A DNA stretch of 64,000 nucleotides. It comes from Laetmonice hystrix (lineage: Eukaryota). Numbering within the stretch: the first letter of the stretch is position 1; every line of letters starts with the position of its first letter. Below, one piece after another: positions 1-11,823 of the stretch. The stretch lies in assembly GCA_965235115.1 (NCBI GenBank), contig OZ249448.1, positions 18,786,001-18,850,000 on the forward strand, written 5' to 3'. Position numbers and translations under genes: made by a program. The notes under the pieces were generated by a model. The model worked only from the letters and a program-made list of their open reading frames with translations. It was not told the DNA's origin and made no database searches.

Positions 1-3000
1 GTACTCTATCCTCATACATTGACAGATGGTCGAGCAAGCGGGTCGCAGATACTCGCTATTCTTGTTTGAAATCACCTAAAAGGAAAAGGTGGTGTAAATA
101 CACTCCATAGATATCGGGATATACTGTATGTTCTATATTCATATAAGGGGTAGTCGATGCCCCATTAATTATTACTCGCAATGATCCATATAGACTGATA
201 TTACTAATCAATTTATTTGTACATGTATAGTCTATACACAGCATAAGTTCAGCTACATTTTACTGGAAGAATATGGTCGCCCAAGAAATGGTGACAAACT
301 TTGAATCGCAGTATCCGAAATAATAGCAACCCTAGACAGTTTGCGGATGTGCTTCTGAACAAACTGTCTGTCCTGTGAAAAACTTCAATAATCACATTCA
401 AGTCTGTGTGTGCGATCAGGTCGCAGGTCTTTGCTCGCAAGTTCGCATCATTTCCACATCCAGATAGTTTATCGTCATTTGAATAATGGGGGCCCCGTCT
501 GTTTGTCGAAGTAGACCCGCTCTACTACTCACAATTTGCATATACACGCCGGGCGACGCGCCGGGCCGGCTCGGCCGTCTCCGTTGGCACTGCTGCTGGC
601 ACTTCTCGCACAAGTGCCTCGATGGCAGCGGGTCTGTCGCGCCGGTCGAGTTGGACCGTCTGCCGGGGAGGATCGGCCCTCGGCCGACCTGTCCAACCCG
701 CTAACGTGATCACCAAACCCCTTGAAATTTTAATAACTTCTGGATGGTTTGGGGCTGAAGTTTTTAGCGGAATCATGGACGGTTCGTCTTGCCGAGGCGT
801 GGGTGCTTCTCTTGTTGCCTGCCCGCGTTTTCTCAAATCCATTTGCCTGTCAATCAACAAGCCATCAATCAACTGCCAACATGCGCTCGTGAACGGTTAT
901 AACCGCAGCCTGATTGGTTGAACTCGGAACGAATATGGCGCTGGCTGACAGGTTTTCAAACACACCACTGAGACGCCACGCCAGGCTGTTGAAGGCAAGC
1001 TTAAGTTCTTGCTAACATTGCACCGCTCGGCAGGTTATGAGAGATTAGGAGAGAGAGAGAGAGCAGTAGAGTAAGAAAAGTTAAAGCGGCACGTGGAGGA
1101 CGTGACACCCACCGGAAGTAGACACCAACATGGAGACAGAATATTAGGCATTAGTCGTGTTGTTAGCAATCGTGGATGACACCAATTGACCCCGCCTATA
1201 TCACTATTGTCTTTGGGTGATGAGTCTCGCCAACAGCAGGCCTCCTATCCTCATGATCCAGGGCTCCTGCCTCCAAGATCCGGGCCGGCCGAGGCGGGGT
1301 GGGCATTGTCCGGCCCGATTGGATGCAGCGTCAGACATGGAGGTGATCAATCATGGCTGGTGACGGGTCTTGGCGCCAGGGGGCCTGACTGGGACGCCCT
1401 GCTTGGGAGCAGGCGGAGAGTCGAGGATGGCGGGGGGGGGGGGGGGGGTCCGTCAACCGTCAGACTACTGCTTCATCCATACTGGAGCAATGGTAGGAGA
1501 GCAAGACACCACACACACAATCATCTACTTCGGCGTTCCTGAGATGGGATTTCAATATGGAATAATCTTTGATTATCGCCCACCTTATTTAGATTCGGCT
1601 CCATGTCCCGAGAAAAGTGCGCTTTTCCGAATTTGATGGTTTTCCCTTACATTCAAGTAGCCCTAATAAAGACCTACGCATAGAGGTCTATATATAGAAT
1701 GACTCCTAGAATGTCTCATATGTTATCGTCTAGAAGTTATAGATCCTCTATGTTCAGATAGGTCTACATTCTAATAATACACACCTGTTCACATGTGGTG
1801 ACATGCAAGAGGACATTAGATCGAAACTGACTATAATATAATAACGGATAGACGCTTCAGTATATCTAGCACAGAAAACACAACATATAGATCTATATTG
1901 GACTGTTTCCTTTCTACATCCGGGTTAACTATAGTTTTTTTATCGGTCACAATTTCACTAAGATGAGTCAATGACCTGTAACTTGCCGACAGGCGTCTAG
2001 TCAATGTGACTAATCGTTTTTTAATCGGTGATTTTTTTGTTATCAGGTATTATCAGTCCTGAGTCAGAACTGATAACGAGATCTTTTCAACCGACAAAAC
2101 AGCAGCACAGATAACTGATCATTATTTGTTCAATTTTTAAATTGCCTTTTCATAAGACGTTAATAATCCATGGACATAGTGCCTGAGTGAAATATGAAGC
2201 GTCTGCGTCTGTATTATTTCTATTTATTACATATTTATTACAATATATCTATATATTCCTACTGCCATATACTAGAGAGACTGTACCATGATGGTTGTTT
2301 CATCAGTTACCATCTGTTGTTAGGTGGGTGGGTGACAGGCTGTTTTTGAAGGTCCCTCATATAGCGTCTGATCTCAAAGTCCCCATGTATGGAGCCAGGC
2401 TAATGTTCAGGTCATTAAACGATGACCTGAGAGGGGTCACGGGCACCCGGTCTGTGTCTGAGGTCTTCAACCCGTCTCAAGTTCGGCCTACACGTTTTGA
2501 AAAAAAAAGTCATGGCGGCCTCGACGAGGTGTACTTTTTGATGTGTCATTTAAATGTCTACCCAGTCTTGACATTCTCACACATAATTATGGCAGTGACT
2601 GGATGGTTTGTCGGGTGTTACCATCAGCTAGCATGAGGTGTTTGGAGAGTTCGCAAACACATCCCCGGACCGCAGTCGTGGGGCGCTATACGGACGGCTG
2701 ACAAATGCCCGTCGTCTGAGTGCAATGCTAACTATGTGGTATGGGTGGGCAAGCCGACGTGCAAGCACACAAGACTGGGTGGGCCGCGCCGATACACAAG
2801 TAAATAGGTGTAAATGTATTAGCGATGGGGTGTCGAGGCCAAACAACAAGCGCCGTCGCTGGTATTAGATTAGCGGCGGACCGTAAGTGAACACCCCCGG
2901 CGCCATGTCGAGGAGGCCGGCGGCGCCAGCCCCCCGCCCCGGCCGACCGGCCGGCTACCCGCCCTCCGACAGCCCCGGAAACCTCGGCCCCAACTTTCTT

Positions 3001-3450
3001 ACCATCCGGTACCCTTTCACGCACCCTCGAACCAGCCAGCCCACTGTCCTTCCAACTATCACTGTCCTCATCCACGCATCGCTTGTTTGAAAATTGACGG
3101 TCACAAATAAATAAGACAGAGCGAATAGACATGTAATTCAGCTGTCATGTTCTATATGGTTACAGCCCATGAAGTTGAGTTAATGCTTTGGTAGTCTGAT
3201 CAGAAACAAGGCCCCTCGACCTGATGGTATAGGGGAGACGTCCAGTTACTTCGGCCACATATTGCAGGTTTTGTTCGCGTTTCATGGTGTCGGTCCAACT
3301 GTAGTGAAAGGTAGGCGGAAAGTTTAGGGTCGTCTAATCCGAAACTAATACGGTTACGATGACAGTACAGACGGGTAGGGTGAAATGAAAGGGGGTCTTT
3401 AAAAGGTAATAGATGGGCACCGGCTGTCCTCTGACCGTCTGGAGTACGGC

Positions 3451-3504
3451 CACCATAGAGCCGCTAAGTGAGCCCACCATAGAGCCGCTAAGTGAGCCCA
3501 CCAT
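3451..3504. repeat. 24-bp tandem duplication (CACCATAGAGCCGCTAAGTGAGCC), about 2.2 copies
   Basis: Direct inspection; offset 24. Confidence 0.9.
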
Positions 3505-6500
3505 CTGGCAAGTAATATCCTAATTAGTAGAGTGAATGAACTGAATCTAGTTAAAGGTTGGCCCGGTCTGCCGGCCATCCCGTCCTTCACTAATACTGCA
3601 CCCCCTCCCTAGACATCACCCTAACATACATACCCCCGTCTGGTAACGACAACTCTTCACTAATACAACACGCCTAGGGTGACTCTAAAGACGACCACGC
3701 TGTCACTTTTCACTAATTTGGCGTCAAGAGATCATGAGAGACCAATTCGGAACGCCAGGGTTTTCAATAGATGTTTCATTTCCGCTGTGAAATGTAGACG
3801 GCTTGAAAGCCATTTGGAAGCGAGTTAGGAGTCTCGAGGATATCTCCTGTTACACAAATTTCAATACTGCTGGTTTAATGGCGGCTCCGGCCATATTGCC
3901 TTCTCGGGGCAACAGTGTCTTGTTTCTCTCTCCCCCATTTCCCCGTCCTGGGGAGTAGTAGTCTATGGACTTATGCTAAGATGTCCACTGCGCAACCGTC
4001 ATCTGCCATAATGGCTCGGAAACATCCGGTCCGTTGATTCGTCTGCTCTGTCCATTGACCAGGACCATCGTTGACCAGTGCGCAGACGGCACACATTGAA
4101 GAGACGTCGTCATTTTGAACCACGAGTGACAGCTTCATGCTGAAACTAGTAAAGACGTCAAGCTGTATTCGGTCTATATATATACGTTTACACGTCATTA
4201 TTTTGACCCAGTTTTTCAGCAGCAAGAGGCCAAGGTGACTCAATTCTCCAAGTAATATACCCAAAGTCTATGATCGTTAATACAGATCGTCAATAGAAAG
4301 TCGTGTATATTGTACCCTATCTGACCAAAACCAAAAATACAGGGTGTCGCAGTTATTTTCTAGACTATGCCCTGTAGACAAGATGGCTTTGTCACTTGCA
4401 CACAGTGACAGAGATATTGAATTTGGTTCCCTGGAAATATTAGTGGTTACAGTCGACAGGTGTGGGTTTTAGCGATGTGTGGCAGGCAAAAGTTGTCAGT
4501 AATAATTAAAGAGGGCGAAGCGAGGGCGGGGCGGCAGACGGACAGCCTATAGACGTGAGGTGCGAGGTGCCCTCAATATTTCATGAAATATACTGGCAGG
4601 TTGGCAGGCTTGCTAGCCCGAGGTGCGAGAATGGCATTCCACCAAGGTGATACGATATAACCCCAGCCAAGCAGGAGATAATCCGTCTGAGGTAGTAGGT
4701 CACTGTAGATGTTAAAATTGTGTCGCCTGGAAGACTTTCACCATCTCCGAGACCTTCAACTATAGACACGCGTTTTTCCGTAAACCTTTCACAATTTCCG
4801 CGCGCGATCTTAGATTTCGCTGTTTTGAGAAATTCGCAAAATTGAAATTTCTCAATTGAAACTTGAACTATAATGGCCGAATAACTCTGAGGTTTCACGA
4901 AACTATATAACACACTGTATATGATGAAGGGTTAACGTAATGATAAAAGTATACTAATAAATCATTTACTGACATTTTAGTAAGATCACAACATGATGAA
5001 ATGTAATATTGGTGTTGTGCAGTCGGTCATCCGTTATGAACGTTTGCTAACATGTACTCTCAGGTTTAATGCACGATCCGTCGTGACACAGAATGGTCGC
5101 TAATATAGAAACCCCAAGGACGGGCCCATATTAAATTGATGCCAAATAATAGCTTGTACAAAAGACATCGCATCGATTCAATTACTCAGACTTTAACAAT
5201 TACAGGAAGAAGTTCGAGTATACAAACAAGGCATCATATTACCTGCCCTTCTCACCGCGGTCAGATAGACTGTTCATGTGAAACCCAGATCTTCTCAAAC
5301 TATCAGTACCGCAGACAAAAAGCGCTCGAATCGCGTTTCCGACGACATCACGAAGAAATTGTTTAGATTGGAGCGTTTACAATGAAGGATGACGATACGG
5401 GACTCGATCTGTGTACGTGGCAGGGCGTAGTTCTGATATGACAGGACAGGTGAGAAGTTTAACACCATACGTGGTATCGTATACATCACAGTCCGCGAGT
5501 CTATAGATTACGGTAAGATGGTGAGGATATACCTTGCCCGTATACAGGAGTTACCTTTGTGTTTACCTATACTGTATTGTAACTTAAGACATATCAACTG
5601 GAACTAGTCGTGTCGCAATAATATGAGCTGAAAGGGGCGAATCCAACTTATTTGAAAATGCACCCTTGCGTATATATACATCAGCTCCAAGAAATAACCA
5701 TTCAAATAACAAAAATGGGGGGGGGGGGAGGGGGGGAGGAGGCCAGCAGCCATGGCCAGCCATGGCCAGCAGCGTGAAGACATTACAATGAATTCACCTC
5801 GTACACACCACAGTACCCCCCCCCCCCCCGCCACCACCACCTCCACCACCACCACCAGCCAGCGTCCAATTTATGTCCTGCACGTCACGTGATTTTCCAA
5901 AAGCTTCCCATAAATCTCCACATCCATTGCCACTTCCGGTGATCGGTCGGCTCTCCACGACGAACGTCGACACGGAGCGGTAGCGATCACCGCGCATGTG
6001 CCGCTCGCTGCTGGAACTCCTTACCGTGTGCAGACTATATACGACCGCCAGCAGCCAGGCCGAAATTAATTTCAGTGCAAATCGGTGCTTTCTCGTCACA
6101 AATCGATCAAGATCTTGAACTTAATTCATGCTGGGCCCAGTGCCATCCATTGTCGGCCTCTCCATCTCGTCAAACCCGACGCTGCGAGTCGCTTTCGTGT
6201 CGGCCAACATGTGAACTGATCGCCACTGTGTCCAATATGTCAAAATTACCAGGTGTGTTTTTCGCGAATTCGGCTCGAGCGCCGATCGATCAGTGGCTGT
6301 CTTAATGTCCACAGATCGATGTGTTAACACAACATCGGTTAGCGCGTTAGAATATATAGGCTACTTAGGCGAGCAGTTCATCGGTAATATTCATCGATCA
6401 CATACGCCTGCTCTGACGTCCAAATAACCCCCCTCGCGCATTATCGTACGTTTTCTGGTGATTAAAGCGCCTCATGTCTGCCGTTCACATCCCAAATGCA

Positions 6501-6865
6501 TTTCCCCGAGAAATTTCGTCATAATCTCTGCAATAAATCGGAAACAGTATGGCCGACAATGATGGTGGTCATCTTCATTCACGTCATTGTTCTACCCCCC
6601 CCCTACCGACTCCCCCCCCCCCCCCCACCACCACCACCACTCGCCATCCCCCAACCTGAAGGTGGGGGGGGGGGGTTGTGACAAATCAGTCGGAGCCCGA
6701 TATACGTCTATCGACAACAGTTGTTGACTGGGGGGGGGGGGGGGGGGTGCCACGGAGGTGCGTCCAAGCCTAAAGTGACTATTAAACTTTTAGAACTATA
6801 GGCCTACTTACAGGCTTAAAATATCTTTTTTTAAAACATGTCTATAATGTAGTTTCTATACGTTG

Positions 6866-7751
6866 ATAGTTTGGATCCAGAAACGGTAACCTGGTAGGCT
6901 GTAATATTTATTGTCAATTACCGCAAGTTGTAAATAGTTTGGATCCAGAAACGGTAACCTGGTAGGCTGTAATATTTATTGTCAGTTACCGCAAGTTGTA
7001 AATAGTTTGGACCCAGAAACGGTAACCTGGTAGGCTGTAATATTTATTGTCAGTTACCGCAAGTTGTAAATAGTTTGGATCCAGAAACGGTAACCTGGTA
7101 GGCTGTAATATTTATTGTCAATTACCGCAAGTAGTAAATAGTTTGGATCCAGAAACGGTAACCTGGTAGGCTGTAATATTTATTGTCAATTACCGCAAGT
7201 TGTAAATAGTTTGGATCCAGAAACGGTAACCTGGTAGGCTGTAATATTTATTGTCAGTTACCGCAAGTTGTAAATAGTTTGGATCCAGAAACGGTAACCT
7301 GGTAGGCTGTAATATTTATTGTCAGTTACCGCAAGTTGTAAATAGTTTGGATCCAGAAACGGTAACCTGGTAGGCTGTAATATTTATTGTCAGTTACCGC
7401 AAGTTGTAAATAGTTTGGATCCAGAAACGGTAACCTGGTAGGCTGTAATATTTATTGTCAGTTACCGCAAGTTGTAAATAGTTTGGATCCAGAAATGGTA
7501 ACCTGGTAGGCTGTAATAATTATTGTCAGTTACCGCAAGTTGTAAATAGTTTGGATCCAGAAACGGTAACCTGGTATAGGCTGTAATATTTATTGTCAGT
7601 TACCGCAAGTTGTAAATAGTTTGGATCCAGAAACGGTAACCTGGTAGGCTGTAATAATTATTGCCAGTTACCGCAAGTTGTAAATAGTTTGGATCCAGAA
7701 ACGGTAACCTGGTAGGCTGTAATAATTATTGCCAGTTACCGCAAGTTGTAA
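6866..7751. repeat. 68-bp minisatellite, 13 near-identical copies
   Basis: Unit ATAGTTTGGATCCAGAAACGGTAACCTGGTAGGCTGTAATATTTATTGTCAGTTACCGCAAGTTGTAA; period 68 measured. Confidence 0.97.
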
Positions 7752-8242
7752 CCATAGACACAAGATCACCTTCACACTGCAACATTATACTACGTATATT
7801 CATTAGGTATAGGTCGCTTACTGTTTCTGATTTACAGCCTTGTCGATCGGTCACACCATTCTGGACGTGTCCAGGATTTATCTAAGTCGTCACATGTAGG
7901 ACCTGTTGACTGTCTACACCTGATGTACAAACTGTTAAAAGTTCCAGTAATGTGTCACACTACCCAAGACTTAGTGCTGACCTGTCACATCACGGACGGG
8001 CGTCAATTACATTAATCCTTCCCAAATCTCTCACAGCTCCGTATCAGGCCTGTCAACGCCATAGGCTGTAAGGGATATTTCCTGCCCAGGCGTCCCTGGC
8101 AAAGACTGGCGGTGTCTTTGATGTTGTATTAAGTCAAAACCGATAGGTGTAAACTGTGGCGGGTAGGGTCTCGTATCGCGCTCTGACCCGCAGGCTTACC
8201 TTTCAGCAAATAATGCACATCCTCGGCGTTAACCGTCTCGCC

Positions 8243-8810
8243 AACCTCCGACTACTGGCTAGGGTTTCCCCAGGGTGGAGTTCTGTGAACCTCGGACTAC
8301 TGGCTAGGGTTTCCCCAGGGTGGAGTTTTGTGAACCTCGGACTACTGGCTAGGGTTTCCCCAGGGTGGAGTTTTGTGAACCTCGGACTACTGGCTAGGGT
8401 TTCCCCAGGGTGGAGTTTTGTGAACCTCGGACTACTGGCTAGGGTTTCCCCAGGGTGGAGTTCTGTGAACCTCGGACTACTGGCTAGGGTTTCCCCGGGG
8501 TGGAGTTTTGTGAACCTCGAACTACTGGCTAGGGTTTCCCCAGGGTGGAGTTCTATGAACCTCGGACTACTGGCTAGGGTTTCGCCAGGGTGGAGTTCTA
8601 TGAGCCTCGGACTACTGGCTAGGGTTTCCCCAGGGTGGAGTTCTGTGAACCTCGGACTACTGGCTAGGGTTTCGCCAGGGTGGAGTTCTATGAGCCTCGG
8701 ACTACTGGCTAGGGTTCCCCAGGGTGGAGTTCTGTGAGCCTCGGACTACTGGCTAGGGTTTCCCCAGGGTGGAGTTTGAACCTCGGACTACTGGCTAGGG
8801 TTCCCCAGGG
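8243..8810. repeat. 45-bp minisatellite, about 12.5 copies
   Basis: Unit AACCTCGGACTACTGGCTAGGGTTTCCCCAGGGTGGAGTTCTGTG; it produces the spurious 15-aa-repeat ORF 8156-8737. Confidence 0.97.
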
Positions 8811-11767
8811 GCTGGAGATAGTAAACCATGAAATCATGTCCTGTTTTATGTGTCAATATGTTTTTATTGCTTTAATTTAGGTTCTTAGGCAGACCATAGA
8901 ACTGTACAACACAACGATATTTTACACAAATAATACATGAATAAATACAACTTGTACAATAAATAAATTGGCGGAATAACGATGCATATAGGACCCGGCA
9001 CACCAATGCAAACAGTTCTACCGGCCACTCACTGATAATTTCCTAATAATACATTTTACATATACGGTTTGGCTTTTCAAACTTTAATTGCGGCACGTGA
9101 TGGCGCCAACATAATAAATGCCCTCGAGAGTGACAAAGAATTCCCTCGTCAATTGATGAAAACAGATCAATACTTTCCCCTCCCTCCCCACTCTCAATGA
9201 GCTGGTCCGGGTTCTATTTGCAACCTTTCCTGATTTGGAGCAATATGAGAAATTTTACAATGATAATTCTTTCTTATAGACATATTTTATATGAAAACCG
9301 TGAGGCCCGGGTGACTGAGCTAAAGAAAATGTCGCTCACGCAGCCAGTCACGTGATGGCCGCACCGAAACCCGGAGCACTTCCGGTTGTTGATGATGACG
9401 TGACGTAACAAGACGTTATGACGTTATGCGAACGATTTTTAACGCAATGAGTATACAGTATACGTAGAGCACCACAAACAGGGAAATAACCACTCGTTTC
9501 GTTATGAACCTAAATTCAATCAATAATTAGGTTGTGTGATCGATCATTTACAGATCGGCTGCATGACTTCAATACTGGACACTTTGACATCGATCCACGA
9601 ACTTTATATCTTTTATATGTACATTATGGTGACGTCATATTTATTTGATGACGTCATCTCTGACATCACAATGATTGACATGGAGGTATGTTTCGAGAAC
9701 ATGGTATTTGTATCTTCAGTCCACTAATGCTCCAAGAAATGCAATTGATCATATAACATAGCACTGTCCTGATATAACGCCGGTCCCGAAGGACTTTAAA
9801 AGCCTTTACCCTTGCACAGGTCATGTATTCGCTCAAGGTCACGTTTCGACAACATTCCTATTCTGTATTGTGCCAACTGGTAAATTCGAAGAATGTGAAT
9901 TTTTAGATTCTATCTATTATTCACCTCGATCGACCTACTTGGTGGAACTAACAATAGTTTAAAGTCTCGGTTTAAGAAATCAAAGGGTACATACCATTTT
10001 TCAATATGTCAACAGTAGTCAACGTTTTACAGAACAATAGCCGAATTTTTTATATTTGATTTTAGTGATAACCTATATTTCCTAGGAGACACAAGAGTTT
10101 TCCCTTTTCCGGCCTTTCAATCCGATACGTGTGCTCAATTCTGTGTCTGACACTATATAGTCTGCCGCCCCTTGGCAGCCTGTCGCCAGTCGTCCTGTCA
10201 ATGGATCCCATAGCTCGGGCATGTCAGCACAGTCCCACTGGTCGTCCCTGCTCTCACCCCGTCAATCTTTACCTTTCTCTCGGATCACCAACCTTTGACA
10301 CGGCCTGTCGGGGTTTTCGTCACCTAACCTGAGAGAAATGACGCGGGCGGCGACCAGGTACCCTGCCATCTGTCCCCTAGCCCACCGCCACTCTTTCTGG
10401 CCTACTGAAAAGGCGCCAACCCTATTCGGTATGTCACTTCAATTTCTTACACTAATTCCGCACCAAACGAGGCATACGCTACACTGTCCATCCCTGCCTC
10501 AGTGCGTCTGTCGGTAGAATGTATCGCTACTGGCTGGCCCGATTGAAGTCTTACACATCGTTTGAACGGGCCTCCTCAGCTGTGACAGGTCGGCTGGGCA
10601 GGCGATAATAGGGGACCACGTGGTGACTGTGATCTGATAGCGAGGCTGTCAAAGGGGGGTTGTGAGCATGTGCTGGGAGTCTTGACGTTTTCACAACGTC
10701 CTCTCGCCATGCCACGAGAAAGCTTTGTCGACGAGGGACCACAACAGGGCCCTGTCAACATGTTCTTTGTTTGGTTCCGGGCAGGTGGGTGGATAACATA
10801 AATTTACAATGTTCTCTTAATGGATGCAGTCGGATGCTACGTGGTCGTGGAAAACCACCCCAACAGGTGGTTCGAGGCTATCGCCCATAATCAAATACAG
10901 GTGCAACCCAACCCCCTGAAACCTACAACTATACCTATAGCTGTGTGAGTGACTTCATAACTGACTTATTCCGTTCTTCATCACATTTAGTGACCAGTTT
11001 AAGGTTTCCATTTACAGATACGCCAAGTGCAACGATAACTTCTTTGTTTACGTCTACAGAATGAAGCGTAATCTGAAACTGAAGCATCCAATTTGATTTT
11101 GAACCTTTCGTTTTCCCGAGCTTATTAAATTTCGAAATGAAATATCAGTTGTGGAGCGATAGAGTGTATCCACACGAGATCCTGTGCGATTACCCGGCTA
11201 CATAATCAGGCTATATAAAAGAAGATAAATGGCTAAAAAAGAAAAGTGAGGGATTTCATCATGGTAGCGACTAGTATATATAGTGATACCCCCACACACC
11301 TGAGGGATAGACCTCTTCTATTCCATCACCTCATAAATTCCATCAGTTTGTACAAGTGCATAGGCCCTTCCACCAACCGACGCACATTTCGGGTTTTACC
11401 AGAAGTCATGCGCGCCAACATTTTGTCCGTTCCCTGACGTTGCAGAGTATGTTTGAATAATCGGTGACATTGAAATCACCTTGCACATTGTCCTTATGGA
11501 ATTCACACACTCACTTTTCTATACGGTATACTATGCGCATTTATTTTTTTACCAGGAAACTGACACCCGACAGGAATGATGAGGTTTGTTTTGTATTTTA
11601 AATGTTCAATATATTAAATTCGTTCGCGTGTATACAACTTGTAATGACTGACATACATACATACATACGTACATGGGTATACTCGTAAACCGTATAGAGG
11701 GATTTAGTAGCTCGACCTGATAATCAATGAGTTTTCATTCTTTTCATTTTTCATTGTCATTCACCCA

Positions 11768-11773
11768 TTTATT
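11768..11773 (-). terminator. Candidate proximal poly(A) signal AATAAA (a second one at 11540-11545)
   Basis: TTTATT on the + strand about 50 and 280 nt downstream of the stop codon. Actual use is unknown. Confidence 0.35.
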
Positions 11774-11823
11774 CTTTCAGTCATTCATTCTAATGTATGC
11801 TAACCTGTAGACCAACCAGGGCA

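Noticed and set aside
4660-4770. let-7 family miRNA gene at the 13-nt match
   Set aside because: The match ends at nt 13 and I find no complementary star arm on either side to form a hairpin.
5130-5420. Possible decayed RTE-type LINE RT C-terminus (VRVYKQGIILPALL; CETQ..YRRQKALE in different frames)
   Set aside because: The resemblance is faint and split across frames. A tBLASTn or Dfam hit to RTE ORF2 would be required to support it.
6866-7751. CRISPR-like regular array (also 51213-51603, 53712-54846, 59910-60318)
   Set aside because: Units are contiguous with no unique spacers, there are no cas genes, and the context is a spliced eukaryotic locus.
8156-8737. 193-aa ORF with a 15-aa repeat (NLGLLARVSPGWSSV)
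   Set aside because: It is the translation of the 45-bp minisatellite, with no domain or splice context.
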